Shown here: positions 23,013 to 32,826 of the stretch, in pieces | Layout of the letters: every line of letters begins with the position of its first letter | Position numbering within the stretch: the stretch's first letter is position 1 | From: Chloroflexota bacterium | Lineage (GTDB): Bacteria; Chloroflexota; Dehalococcoidia; UBA2979 | Direction of reading: 5' to 3' | Length of the DNA: 64,000 bases | NCBI GenBank assembly: GCA_027593235.1 | Contig: JAQCIU010000012.1 | Span: 19,893 to 83,892 of the forward strand | Position numbers and translations under genes: made by a program | The notes under the pieces: model-generated | The model's database searches: none | Seen by the model: only the letters and a program-made list of their open reading frames with translations | What the model was told of the DNA's origin: nothing

Positions 23013-23058
23013 GGGTGGCATCGTACGGGAGACCTCGGAAGTGTTGGGTCGGTGAATC

Positions 23059-23087
23059 TTGACCCTCGGATCAGGCGTTGCTAGCGT
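23059..23087 (+). promoter_or_regulatory. Sigma70-type promoter of rplY
   Basis: TTGACC-17 nt-TAGCGT, 55 nt upstream of the rplY ATG. Confidence 0.7.
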
Positions 23088-23142
23088 CGACCCTCTTGGG
23101 CGGAGTCCGCCTACCTCACTGTGTCTCCTGGGAGCATGACCG

Positions 23143-23811
23143 ATGCCGGATAGCTATGACGTTGAACTGCGCTCGGTCACGGGCAAGGGCCTGAAGCAAC
23201 TGCGTCGCGACGGGACGACCCCGGCGAACATTTATGGCCGTGGGCTAGAGTCCGTTGCCGTGCAGCTCCCCTGGGCGCGCGCGCGTTTCTTGTTGAACGC
23301 GCACGGTCGGAACACCCTGATCGAGCTGAAGCTCGGCGCCGAGGGGAAAGCCCGTCCAGTGGTCGTGCGAGACATCAGTCGCGACCCGGTCAGCGGCGCC
23401 GTGTTCCACATCGACTTCTTTCAGGTTGACCTCACGCGGCCGATTCAGGCCGCGGTACCGATCCACTTCATCGGCGAAGCCCCGGCGGTTCACACCTTCG
23501 GCGGCGTGTTCGTGCAGGCGCTCGACGTAGTGCACGTCGAGGCGCTGCCGAACGAGATGCCCGAAGCGGTCGAAGTGTCGATCGAGTCGCTGACAGAGCT
23601 GGAGCAGTCGCTCACGGTCGCGGACATCACGCTGCCACACGGCGTCACGATGCTGACGGCCGAGGACCAGCAGATCGCCCAGATCGCGCGTCCGCGCCTC
23701 GAGGTCGAAGAAGACGAGACCGTGCCCGAGGGCGAAGAGGGTGTCGTGCCTGCGGAGGGCGACGAGGCCGACGAGGCCTCTGGCGAGGAGAGCGAGTCCT
23801 CCGAGGGCTAG
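23143..23811 (+). CDS. rplY: 50S ribosomal protein L25/general stress protein Ctc
   Basis: GKGLKQLRRDGTTPANIYG, HIDFFQV, VPIHFIGEAPAV, and the acidic tail of Ctc-type L25. Confidence 0.95.
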   Translation: MPDSYDVELRSVTGKGLKQLRRDGTTPANIYGRGLESVAVQLPWARARFLLNAHGRNTLIELKLGAEGKARPVVVRDISRDPVSGAVFHIDFFQVDLTRPIQAAVPIHFIGEAPAVHTFGGVFVQALDVVHVEALPNEMPEAVEVSIESLTELEQSLTVADITLPHGVTMLTAEDQQIAQIARPRLEVEEDETVPEGEEGVVPAEGDEADEASGEESESSEG

Positions 23812-23849
23812 CGTTTCGCGCCTGCGGCGCGGAGATCCGATTCACCTAA

Positions 23850-23893
23850 CTCGGTATTCGTCATGGGGGTACAGCCCCCGTGACGCACCCGAG
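23850..23893. terminator. Hairpin between convergent rplY and rlmN (probable terminator or REP-like element)
   Basis: CGTCATGGGGG-TACAG-CCCCCGTGACG 11-bp stem with one G-U pair, extended by CTCGG/CCGAG; no clear U-tract. Confidence 0.45.
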
Positions 23894-23997
23894 CGCCGCT
23901 TCAAGATCGAACCTACTGCTGTTGGCCGGCAGTCTGCTGTTCGTTGCCTGGAAGCGTCGTGCGTCGCGGATGTCGCGACCACTGCTGCTGTGACGGA

Positions 23998-25101
23998 CTA
24001 GCTGCGGCCGGTGACCGCTCCGAGCGTGATCGGCCGGGCTCCACGCGCGACGTCCGTGCGGAGCTGGCCGCAGGCGGCGGCGATTTCCGTCCCACGTTCG
24101 ATGCGCACCGTGGCGTTGATCCCCTGTTCGAGCAGGGCGATGCGGAAGCGGCGCACGCGATCGCGGCTCGGACGGCGCAAGTCGTCACCGGCGGTTGGGT
24201 TGTACGGCACCAGGTTCACGTGCACCGGGAGCCCACGGATGCGTGCGGCCAGCGCGCGTGCCTGCTCCGGTCGGTCGTTGACGCCCTCGAGCAGCGCGTA
24301 CGCGAAGGTGACGCGGCGGCCCGTGATCTCGTGGTAGCGCGTGCCGGCCGCGATGAGCGCGTCGATCGTGACGCCGCCCGCCGTGGGGATGAGGTGACGT
24401 CGTAGCTCATCGTCCGGCGCGTGCAGTGAGATCGTCAGGCCGATCTGGAGGCCTTCCTCGGCGAGCCGCTCGATCGGGCGGATCAGGCCGACAGTGGAGA
24501 CGGTGATGCCGCGCTGGCGCATATCGAGGCCGCGCTTGTCCACGAGCCAGCGGATCGCCCGCATCATCGCGTCGTAGTTCGCCAGTGGTTCGCCCATGCC
24601 CATGAAGACGACGTTGCTGACGCGGCGCTCGCGGGAGAAGTGCAGCACCTGCGCCACGATCTCCGCCGGGGTGAGGTTGCGGGTGAAGCCCTGCTGGCCG
24701 GTGGCGCAGAAGATGCAGCCCATTGCACAGCCGGCCTGGGTGGAGACGCAGACGGTCGTGCGGCTGCGATCCGAGCTGCGTTCGGTCGCATCGAGGTCCT
24801 CGGGGTCGTAGTCCATGCGCACGGATTCGATGGCCTCGCCGTTGCCGAGGTCCAGCAGGACCTTGGTGGTGGAGCCGTCGTCGGCCGCGCGGGTGGCGAG
24901 CACGGCGGGCGGGCTGATCTCGAAGGCCGCCGCGAGGCGAGCGCGGAGCGGGGCGGGGACGTTGGTCATGTCCTCGAAGCTGGTCGCGCCGTCGCGGGCG
25001 GCCCAGCGGGCGATCTGCCAGGCGCGATAGCGCGGCTCGTCCCAGGCGGCGATCTGCGCCTCGAGTTCGTCGAAGGAGAGGTTGAGGAGGTGCGGGTTCA
25101 C
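23998..25101 (-). CDS. rlmN: 23S rRNA m2A2503 methyltransferase (radical SAM)
   Basis: CVSTQAGCAMGCIFCATG, VFMGMGEP, ISLHAPDD, IAAACGQL. GTG 25101 is supported by a TACACT box 6 nt upstream. Confidence 0.95.
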   Translation of the reverse strand: MNPHLLNLSFDELEAQIAAWDEPRYRAWQIARWAARDGATSFEDMTNVPAPLRARLAAAFEISPPAVLATRAADDGSTTKVLLDLGNGEAIESVRMDYDPEDLDATERSSDRSRTTVCVSTQAGCAMGCIFCATGQQGFTRNLTPAEIVAQVLHFSRERRVSNVVFMGMGEPLANYDAMMRAIRWLVDKRGLDMRQRGITVSTVGLIRPIERLAEEGLQIGLTISLHAPDDELRRHLIPTAGGVTIDALIAAGTRYHEITGRRVTFAYALLEGVNDRPEQARALAARIRGLPVHVNLVPYNPTAGDDLRRPSRDRVRRFRIALLEQGINATVRIERGTEIAAACGQLRTDVARGARPITLGAVTGRS

Positions 25102-25146
25102 GCTTCGAGTGTACGGGGCGACCCCGGCTGCGTCGGGCACGGGCGG

Positions 25147-26115
25147 CTAGCCGAGGTGGGAGCCGATCAGCGCGGGATCGCCGTTGAGATACGGCTCGAT
25201 GTCCTGTGCCTGGCGACCGGGGCGTTGGATCCGGAGCAGCGCCAGCGCGCCGCTGCCGCAGACGACGACGGCGCGGGCCTTGCGGCCGGGGAGCAGCAGG
25301 CTGAGCGCCGCAGCGTCGCCGGGGAGGACCGTGCCGGGCGCCTCGGAGGTCTCGAGCGCGGGGAGTGGCCATGCTTCGTGGATCGTTATTGGCTGGTTGT
25401 CATAAGTAGTCGTTGCCGATGGCCAGGGATGAAACGCCCGAATCAGGCGGCCGATCGCCTCGCACGACTGATCCCAGTCGACATAACCATCGGCCTTGGT
25501 GAGGCGCGGGGCGTAGGTCATCTGCGCCTCGTCCTGGGGGACAGCCTCGATGTCGCCGGCCACCCATCGCGGGAGCAGCTCCGCGAGGCGGTCCGCACCG
25601 AGCTGCGCGATGCGGTCGGTGAGTTCGCCGGCGGTATCGAGCGGACCGATCGGCGTGCGTACCTCGCCAACGGTGGGGCCGGCATCGAGGGCGCGCACGA
25701 CCTGCATGATCGTCGCGCCGGTCTCGCGGTCCCCGGCGAGGATCGCGGCGGCCACCGGCGCGGCTCCGCGGTGCCGGGGCAGCAGCGAGGCGTGCACGTT
25801 CAGCAGCCCGTGCGGGAACGCCTCCAGCAGGTGGGTTGGCAGGATGTTGCCGTAGGCGGCGACGACGCCCACATCGGGCGCGAGCGCGGCGATCGCCTCG
25901 GTGGTGTCGCGACGCGTCCGCTCGGGTTGGAGGATCGCCGTGACGCCGGCCTCGAGCGCCAATTCCTTCACGGGGGTGGCGAGCGCCTTGCCGCTGCGGC
26001 CGCGCGGGCGGTCCGGCTGCGTGACGACCGCGACCACCTCGGCGCCTGGAAGCGCGAGGCAGGCGCGGAGCGACGGAACGGCGTAGTCGGGGGAGCCGAA
26101 GAAGACGATTCGCAC
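25147..26115 (-). CDS. fmt: Methionyl-tRNA formyltransferase
   Basis: MRIVFFGSPDYA, VVTQPDRPRGR, VVAAYG, NVHASLLPRHRGAAP, IRAFHPWP. Confidence 0.95.
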   Translation of the reverse strand: MRIVFFGSPDYAVPSLRACLALPGAEVVAVVTQPDRPRGRSGKALATPVKELALEAGVTAILQPERTRRDTTEAIAALAPDVGVVAAYGNILPTHLLEAFPHGLLNVHASLLPRHRGAAPVAAAILAGDRETGATIMQVVRALDAGPTVGEVRTPIGPLDTAGELTDRIAQLGADRLAELLPRWVAGDIEAVPQDEAQMTYAPRLTKADGYVDWDQSCEAIGRLIRAFHPWPSATTTYDNQPITIHEAWPLPALETSEAPGTVLPGDAAALSLLLPGRKARAVVVCGSGALALLRIQRPGRQAQDIEPYLNGDPALIGSHLG

Positions 26116-26195
26116 GCGCGCGATGGTAGCAGCGAGGTGCGGTGAGACCTCGTGCGTGCCGCTCGCTTCACGCAGGCTGCGACGCCGAGGCTGCC

Positions 26196-26546
26196 CTAGA
26201 CGGCGAGCGCGAGTTCGCCCGCTGGCGCGGCGGCGGGCCTGGTGGCGGGTCTGGCGATGCGGTGCGTCACACGCACGCGTGAGCCGCTGCCGTCCGGCTC
26301 GATCGTGATCTCGACGAGGCCGCCAAACCGCTCCGCGCCATCCGCGACGGTGACCTCCCAGGCGACGCGGGACGGCGCCTCGCGGATCACCTCGGCGCCG
26401 ACGTCCAGCGTGTCATCGCGGCCAAAGGGGCGACGCTCTGGATCGGTCAGGTACTCGAAGACCTCGGCGGGCGCGGCCTCGATGTGCTCGTCCAGTTCGA
26501 CGTGATCCGAGTCCGGGCTGGGGACGCTGGCTGGCTGGTCGCTCAT
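26196..26546 (-). CDS. SRPBCC/AHSA1-like protein
   Basis: IEAAPAEVFEYLTDP and VEITIEPDGSGSRVRVTH; 4-nt overlap with the upstream ArsR gene. Confidence 0.75.
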   Translation of the reverse strand: MSDQPASVPSPDSDHVELDEHIEAAPAEVFEYLTDPERRPFGRDDTLDVGAEVIREAPSRVAWEVTVADGAERFGGLVEITIEPDGSGSRVRVTHRIARPATRPAAAPAGELALAV

Positions 26547-26872
26547 CGGGTGCTCCTGTCTGGCGGTGAATCGGGACGGGACGCCTCGAGATCGCGTCTG
26601 GCCTGGCTGAGGGCGGCGCGCCAGTAGCGCTCCACCTCGGCGCGCACTTCCTCGAGGCCGTCGCTGGAGGCACGGTAGATGCGGCGGCGGCCGTCGCGGC
26701 GAACGGTGACCAGGCCGGCATCGAGCAACACGCGGAGATGTTGGGAAACGGCCGGCTGGGAGAGCCCAAGCGCGGAGACCAGCTCGCTGACCGCTCGCTC
26801 GCCCTTCAGCAGGTGATCGAGGATGGCGCGCCGGCTTGGGTCCGCGAAGGCCTGCACCGCATCGGTGGTCAT
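26543..26872 (-). CDS. ArsR/SmtB family transcriptional regulator
   Basis: [39 protein letters not shown]. Confidence 0.9.
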   Translation of the reverse strand: MTTDAVQAFADPSRRAILDHLLKGERAVSELVSALGLSQPAVSQHLRVLLDAGLVTVRRDGRRRIYRASSDGLEEVRAEVERYWRAALSQARRDLEASRPDSPPDRSTR

Positions 26873-26988
26873 GGTTTCAGTGTATCGTGACGCATCGCCC
26901 TGTGCTTATATATTGGGACTGGCCGATTGAGCCGATGGTCGAAACGAGTTCGCCGCGCGATCGCGGCGAACGGGGACGGAGCGCACGC

Positions 26989-27612
26989 ATGGACATCTCG
27001 CCACGAGGGATGATTCCGATGGTGGTCGAAACGGGACCACGCGGAGAGCGCGCGTACGACATCTACTCGCTGCTGCTCAAAGAGCGAATTATTTACCTCG
27101 GCAGCGGTATTGACTCGAACGTCGCCAACTCGATCGTCGCTCAGCTCCTCTGGCTCGACCGTGAGGATCCCGATCGAGACATCACGCTGTACATCCAGTC
27201 GCCGGGCGGTGAGATCTACTCCGGCCTGGCGATCATCGATGCGATGGAACTCGTCCGCGCGGAGGTGGCCACGATCGCCGTGGGGTTCACGGCGAGCATG
27301 GGCACGGCAATCCTCGCCGCCGGCACGAAGGGCAAGCGCTTCGCGCTGCCGAGCTCGACCATCCACATGCACCAGGCGTTGGGCGGCGCGCGTGGGCAGG
27401 CCAGCGACGTGGAGATTCAGGCCCGCGAGCTGATGCGCCTGAACGTGCATATGCGTGTGTTCCTGGCGGAGCGGACCGGACGCACACTCGAGGAGGTCGA
27501 GCGCGACTTCGACCGCGACCGCTTCATGGACGCGCAACAGGCGCGCGAGTACGGGCTGGTCGACGAGGTAATCGAAACGACCGCCGCGCTTCCCTCGACC
27601 AAGAACTCCTAG
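26989..27612 (+). CDS. clpP: Second ClpP paralog
   Basis: [42 protein letters not shown]; ATG 26989 with GGAG upstream. Confidence 0.95.
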   Translation: MDISPRGMIPMVVETGPRGERAYDIYSLLLKERIIYLGSGIDSNVANSIVAQLLWLDREDPDRDITLYIQSPGGEIYSGLAIIDAMELVRAEVATIAVGFTASMGTAILAAGTKGKRFALPSSTIHMHQALGGARGQASDVEIQARELMRLNVHMRVFLAERTGRTLEEVERDFDRDRFMDAQQAREYGLVDEVIETTAALPSTKNS

Positions 27613-27615
27613 CAG

Positions 27616-29277
27616 CTACTCGCTGGTCGCGAGCGACCAGAGTTGGATATCGCGGAAGCGATCGGCCGGGCTGAACAGCAGGCCCGGCGTGAATCCTTCG
27701 ACGTTGCCCGGGTGCACGTAGAGCCGCGAGGGGTAGGCGAGGATCAGGCTCGCAGCCCGCTCCGCGAAGCGCGCCTCGAAGGCGGCGTACAGCTCACGCC
27801 GTTCCCCCGTATCCACGGTCACGCGCGCGGCCTCGAGGAGGGCGTCGCTGGCTGCGTCCTGGTAACCCGCGATGTTCCTGCCGGATTCCGAGATCTGCGA
27901 GGTGTGCCAGCCGAGGTACGGATCCGGATCCGTGTTCGCCTCCCAGCCGAAGAGCGCCAGCTCGTAGTCGCGCGGCACGAGGCGGCGATCGAGCAGATCG
28001 CTCGCAGGGAGCGGCGTGACCTCGATGGAGACGCCTGCGGCATCGAGGGCGTCTGCGACCGCCTCGGCGAGGCGAATGCGCGCGGGATCGGCGTTGGTCA
28101 CCAACTCGAGGCTGAGCATCACACCATCGCGTTCCAGCCGCCCCGCCGCGTTTGGCGTGTAGCCGGCGGCCGCCCAGGCATCGACCGCATCCGGTAGCGG
28201 CGTGTCGGACGCCGGCGTCGCGCCGGCGGTCGGCGTGATGGTAGCGGCGGCATTCGGCTCCGGTTCGGGCAGCTTGAGGTAGGACCGAGGGACGATCACG
28301 CCCTCACCGGGCAGGCCACGGACGCCGGCGGTGCGGATGATCTGTGCTGGATCGATCGAGGCAGCGATCGCTCGACGCAGCGCGACGTTGTCCAGCGGCG
28401 CGCGCTGGTTATTGAGGTAGAGCACCGTGAAGGCGTGTCGAATCAGCGGCGTCGCGAGCAGTTCCTCGCGGGCGAGAATCCCCTCGCCCTCGCGCGGATC
28501 GGGCTGCTCGCCGCGCAGTGCGGCGTCGATCTCGCCCTGGGCCAGCGCCTCGAGCTGGCGCGTGGCGTTGGCGTAGAAGCGCAGCTCCAGGTGCTCGATC
28601 TGGGGCGCGCCGCGGTGGTAGCTGGTGTTCCGCTCCAGCCGCGCGCGCTCGCTGTTGAGCGAGGTGAGCCGGTAGGGCCCGGTGCCGATCGGGCGGGCGT
28701 TGGCGCGCGCCGTTGCCAGATCGGCGGCGGCGATGCCCTCGAAGAGATGTGCTGGGAGGATGCCGACGGCGAGCCGGGTGAGGAAATCGGCGGAGGGATC
28801 GGGCAGGCGCAAGAGGACCGTGCGCTCGTCGATCACGAAGACGTCGACGGGCGCCCACTCCGCGGCCAGCGAGAGGTTGCCGCTGAAATCCGGATCCTGG
28901 AGGTAGGCGATCGTCGCGGCGACGTCGGTGGTGGTGACCGGCGGGCCGTCGTGCCAGGCGATGTCATCGCGCAGCACGAAGGTGTAGGTGCGACCGTCCG
29001 GCGTGAGTTCCCAGCGCTCCGCGAGATCGGGGAGCGGTGTCCCATCACCATCGATGCGAATCAGGCCGTTGAAGATCAGCGCGACGAGATCGGCGTCCGT
29101 CGAGTTCGCTTCGGCGAGTAACGGGTTGATCTGGTTCGCGCCGCCGATCACGCCTTCGACCCAGCGGCTGGTGGCGGCGTCCTCGGACCGCCCGGTGGCG
29201 AACCAACCGAGGGCGACCAGTAGGACGCCGGCGGCGAGGAGTCCGAGATAGGCGCGGCGGAGCGTGAGCCGAGGCAC
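27616..29277 (-). CDS. ABC transporter peptide/nickel-type substrate-binding protein (family 5)
   Basis: N-terminal anchor, INPLL, LIFNGL, PDLAERW, WHDG, PIGTGPY, LRRAIA. Start uncertain (29277 or 29322). Confidence 0.88.
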   Translation of the reverse strand: MPRLTLRRAYLGLLAAGVLLVALGWFATGRSEDAATSRWVEGVIGGANQINPLLAEANSTDADLVALIFNGLIRIDGDGTPLPDLAERWELTPDGRTYTFVLRDDIAWHDGPPVTTTDVAATIAYLQDPDFSGNLSLAAEWAPVDVFVIDERTVLLRLPDPSADFLTRLAVGILPAHLFEGIAAADLATARANARPIGTGPYRLTSLNSERARLERNTSYHRGAPQIEHLELRFYANATRQLEALAQGEIDAALRGEQPDPREGEGILAREELLATPLIRHAFTVLYLNNQRAPLDNVALRRAIAASIDPAQIIRTAGVRGLPGEGVIVPRSYLKLPEPEPNAAATITPTAGATPASDTPLPDAVDAWAAAGYTPNAAGRLERDGVMLSLELVTNADPARIRLAEAVADALDAAGVSIEVTPLPASDLLDRRLVPRDYELALFGWEANTDPDPYLGWHTSQISESGRNIAGYQDAASDALLEAARVTVDTGERRELYAAFEARFAERAASLILAYPSRLYVHPGNVEGFTPGLLFSPADRFRDIQLWSLATSE

Positions 29278-29300
29278 CGGGGACCGCCGGCCGCCCCCGG

Positions 29301-29525
29301 CTATGAGGCGGCGACGCTCCACGCAGAAACCGCGAGGAAGATCGCGACGACGACGATGGTGAGGTTGTGTAACGACCGCTGGAGCCCACGGCGACTGCGG
29401 TAGCTCTGGTCGGCGCCGCCAAGAGCGGCACCGAATCCGGTGCCCTTGACCTGCATCAACACCAGCACGATCACCACGGCGGAGATCAGAATCTGGGCGA
29501 GCGAGAGGAAGTCACGAAGTTCCAT
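29301..29525 (-). CDS. secG: Preprotein translocase subunit SecG
   Basis: Two TM helices with LVLMQVKGTGFGAALGG and RSRRGLQRSLHNLT. Confidence 0.9.
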   Translation of the reverse strand: MELRDFLSLAQILISAVVIVLVLMQVKGTGFGAALGGADQSYRSRRGLQRSLHNLTIVVVAIFLAVSAWSVAAS

Positions 29526-29646
29526 GAGCGTTCGACGTTAGGGCTCGCGAGAGCCGAGGGCAAGCGACCCGCCGATCACCACCCGTGGCGCGCCGAATCC
29601 TGACTCGTCATAGCATTCCGGCGAGACGTGGAGAGCGGGGGATCAG

Positions 29647-30471
29647 GTGCAGGACTTCGAGGGTCGGGTCGCGGTGGTGACGGGCGGAGCGAGTGGGATC
29701 GGACTGGCGATGGCGCGCCGATTCGCTCGCGAGGGCATGAAGGTGGTCCTCGGCGACTTCGAGCAGGCAGCGCTCGATCGCGCGGTCGCCGCGCTCACGC
29801 AGGAGGAACACGAGGTGCTGGGCGTCCACATGGACGTGACGCGCGACGAGGATGTCGAACGGCTGCGCGACGAAGCGCTGGAGCGGTTTGGCGGCGTGCA
29901 CGTGCTGTGCAACAACGCCGGCGTGATCGATTCGGCGCGGGTGCCGATCTGGGAGTCGACCGCCGCCGACTGGGACTGGGTGTTCGGGATCAACTTCGAT
30001 GGCGTGCTGCGCGGCATCCGGGCGTTCGTGCCCACGATGGTCGCCCAGGGCGTGCCCGGGCACGTGGTAAACACCGCCTCGGTCGCTGGCCTGATCGCGG
30101 GCTCCGGGATCTACGGCGTTTCGAAGCACGCGGTGGTCGCGCTGACCGAGGCGCTCTACCAGAACCTGCAACTGGAGGGCGCGCAGGTGGGCGCCTCCGT
30201 GCTCTGCCCGCCGTTCGTGCAGACGGAGATTTTCCACTCGGCGCGCAACCGCCCGGGCGCCGAGTCGATCGATCCGGACAACCGCCACTCGCTGGTGGAG
30301 AACGGCATGCTGCCCTCGGAGATCGCGGACTTCGTGCTGGACGGCATCCGCGAGGATCGGTTCTACCTCGCGCCGTTCGCGTCCTTCGACGAGGCGATCG
30401 AGGAGCGCGCGTCGAACGTGGTGGCGCGCCGCAACTGGGTGCCGCGGGCGATGCGCGCGCCCTCGGAGTGA
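29647..30471 (+). CDS. Short-chain dehydrogenase/reductase
   Basis: TGGASGIG, NNAGV, VNTAS, YGVSK. Confidence 0.92.
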   Translation: MQDFEGRVAVVTGGASGIGLAMARRFAREGMKVVLGDFEQAALDRAVAALTQEEHEVLGVHMDVTRDEDVERLRDEALERFGGVHVLCNNAGVIDSARVPIWESTAADWDWVFGINFDGVLRGIRAFVPTMVAQGVPGHVVNTASVAGLIAGSGIYGVSKHAVVALTEALYQNLQLEGAQVGASVLCPPFVQTEIFHSARNRPGAESIDPDNRHSLVENGMLPSEIADFVLDGIREDRFYLAPFASFDEAIEERASNVVARRNWVPRAMRAPSE

Positions 30472-30642
30472 CGGCGGCGCGGGGCCAGCGCCCGGGATGC
30501 CGACCCCGGTGGGTGGTCGGTGTGGCAGGCGGGCCTAACCGAAGGGTCAGTACCTCTTGTTGAAGGCAGCGGTTAGCCTGCGGCGCGGTGGATCCGGTAC
30601 CGCGATCCAGCGGTGGTACCGGTGCGGGAGGCGAGCGTGACG

Positions 30643-31503
30643 ATGGCTGCGACCGAGGGTTTCGAGGGCAAGCGGGTACTGGCGGTCTACGGCCACCCGG
30701 ACGACGAGGGGCAGGCGACGGGGTCGCTGGCCGCGTTCCTGGCGGCCGGTAGCGCGGTGACGCTGCTCTGCGCGACCCGCGGCGAGGTGGGCGAGATCTC
30801 CGATCCCGCGTTGAGCACGCCGGACACGCTGGGCTACACCCGCGAGCTGGAGCTGCGCGCCGCGATGGCGCAGCTTGGCCTCCGCGATGTCCGCTTCCTG
30901 CCGTTCCGGGACAGCGGGATGGACGGCACCGAGGAGAACAAGCGACCCGACGCGTTCCATCAGCAGACACCGGAGGTGGCGGTGCCCGCGATCTTGCAGG
31001 TGATGCGCGAGGTGCGCCCGCACTTCGTGTTCACGTGGCAGGAGGACGGTGGCTACGGCCACCCGGACCACATCGCCGCCCACAAGCACACGCTTGCCGC
31101 CTTCGATGGCTGCGCCGACGCCGCGCTGTACCCGGAGACGGGCACTCCCTGGCAGCCGGAGCGGCTGTTCTGGGGCGCGCGGACGATGGCGCGCTTCGTC
31201 GGGATTCGCCTTGAGATGGAGAAACGTGGCCTGCTGGACGAGCCGATCGACGACGAGACACGCGCCCGCTTCGAAGAGCTGGCGAAGCGGCCGGCCGCCC
31301 CGGCGAGCGTGATTGTCGACACCTCGGCATTCATCCAGGCGAAGCGCAGCGCCGCCTCGATGCACCGCACGCAGTTCGGCGAGAACGGGATGTGGTCGCG
31401 GATCCCCGAGGATCTCCAGGCGCAGTTTTACGGCGAGGAACGGTTCTACCAGGCACGCCCGGCGTGGCCCGAAGGCGCGGAACCCACCCACAGCTTCGCG
31501 TAG
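30643..31503 (+). CDS. PIG-L family deacetylase (MshB/Mca-like)
   Basis: GHPDDE, ATRGEVGE, RELELRAA, FRDSGM, GGYGHPDH, HRTQ. Confidence 0.88.
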   Translation: MAATEGFEGKRVLAVYGHPDDEGQATGSLAAFLAAGSAVTLLCATRGEVGEISDPALSTPDTLGYTRELELRAAMAQLGLRDVRFLPFRDSGMDGTEENKRPDAFHQQTPEVAVPAILQVMREVRPHFVFTWQEDGGYGHPDHIAAHKHTLAAFDGCADAALYPETGTPWQPERLFWGARTMARFVGIRLEMEKRGLLDEPIDDETRARFEELAKRPAAPASVIVDTSAFIQAKRSAASMHRTQFGENGMWSRIPEDLQAQFYGEERFYQARPAWPEGAEPTHSFA

Positions 31504-31533
31504 CCGGGGCGGCGTCCGCACACCGCGGGAACG

Positions 31534-32601
31534 CTAGATGTAGTCGAAGTCGCCCAGCGTGAGGTGGGCGGCAAGGCCGGGCTCCTCGAGGAACGCGAAG
31601 TCCTCGATCGGGCGTGTGCTGCCGTCGTACTTCACCTCGGTCTGGCGACCGAGGTCGACGAAGCCGAGCTTGAGCAGGACGTCGCGGTAGGGGTGGCGCG
31701 TCGGCAGCATGCAGCCGACGGAGCGGTGTCCCTGCGCGCGGGTCTGCCGAGCAGCGTCGATCGCCAGATCACGGACGACATCCGGCCGATCGGGGTGCAC
31801 GAGCATGTCGGCGATCACCGCGCCATCCTGTGCCGCCCAGCGCAGAACGGTGTAGCCGAGCACGGCGTCGCCCTGGGTGGCGATGCGGATCAGCGACACG
31901 CCACCGCGCGGATCCGCGTAGCGCCAGTTGAGGAACGCCGCGTCCCGCACGCCGATCAGATCGAAGGCCGGCGCAGTCTCAGCCCAGAGGTCATCCAGCC
32001 TCGAGTCCAGCGATTGCACGGTCTCGATCTCGATTCGCGGCTCCGGCAGCCGTCGCACCGTGTCGCGCGTCGCGTGTGGCAGGCCGCGCCAGCCGGCGGC
32101 GTGCCAGCGGATGCCGGCGGCGCTGGCGGGCGTCAGCCCGAGCACGAGCCTGCGGAACGGATTCCCGATCGAACGGGATGTCCCTCGCGATGCGGCTATG
32201 GCGCGCAGGCTGGGGTGGTTGCTCTCGGTATTGAGCGAGAGATCGAATAGTCCCGCAATCGTCGCCATGTAGAACGGGGTGCCGAGCCGCGAGAGTCCGG
32301 TGCCCTGCAATCGGGGGACGAGCGCGACATCCGCGGTCGACTGAGCGATCAGCGTCTCACCACGGATCCGAACGTCACGCGCGAGTTGCACCATCGCGCC
32401 AACTACCTCGCCATCGAGGATGGAGAGCATGTGCCCGTCGATCACGCGCGGGTGGCTGCGCATCTTCCAGGCGAGATGCTCCCGCGCGGGGACCGGGACA
32501 TCGATCAGCGGCCAGCGTGGGAACGCGGCTTGAAAGACCGCGACCATCCCATCCAGGTCGCCGTCGTTGCCTGTCCGGTACTCCATCGGCGGTGATGCCA
32601 C
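31534..32601 (-). CDS. GNAT family N-acetyltransferase (tandem GNAT)
   Basis: DVALVPRLQGTGL acetyl-CoA motif, RDAAFLNWRY, C-terminal LTLGDFD. Confidence 0.75.
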   Translation of the reverse strand: MASPPMEYRTGNDGDLDGMVAVFQAAFPRWPLIDVPVPAREHLAWKMRSHPRVIDGHMLSILDGEVVGAMVQLARDVRIRGETLIAQSTADVALVPRLQGTGLSRLGTPFYMATIAGLFDLSLNTESNHPSLRAIAASRGTSRSIGNPFRRLVLGLTPASAAGIRWHAAGWRGLPHATRDTVRRLPEPRIEIETVQSLDSRLDDLWAETAPAFDLIGVRDAAFLNWRYADPRGGVSLIRIATQGDAVLGYTVLRWAAQDGAVIADMLVHPDRPDVVRDLAIDAARQTRAQGHRSVGCMLPTRHPYRDVLLKLGFVDLGRQTEVKYDGSTRPIEDFAFLEEPGLAAHLTLGDFDYI

Positions 32602-32826
32602 GCATGCTCCTGCCAGTGACGCTCATGATGACCCGGGTTAACGCTAGCGAGACTCGCATGGGCGCATCCTCGGGGAAACCCACGGGCGGGCTGCTACTCA
32701 TCTGCTGACACTTGACTGAGCCGGTGACCTCCGGCTCTGGAGATGCCGAAGATCGTGTGGTTAGCTGAGGTTCGGAGTGACCCCGGGCCCACCATCCCAA
32801 TCGACAATGCCCAGCAAGGTGCGCCT

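Noticed and set aside
32640-32760. GGGGAAACCC and GAGCCGG-N6-CCGGCTC hairpins as a possible riboswitch upstream of the MFS gene
   Set aside because: Could not match the conserved core of any riboswitch class by eye; short GC hairpins are expected by chance.
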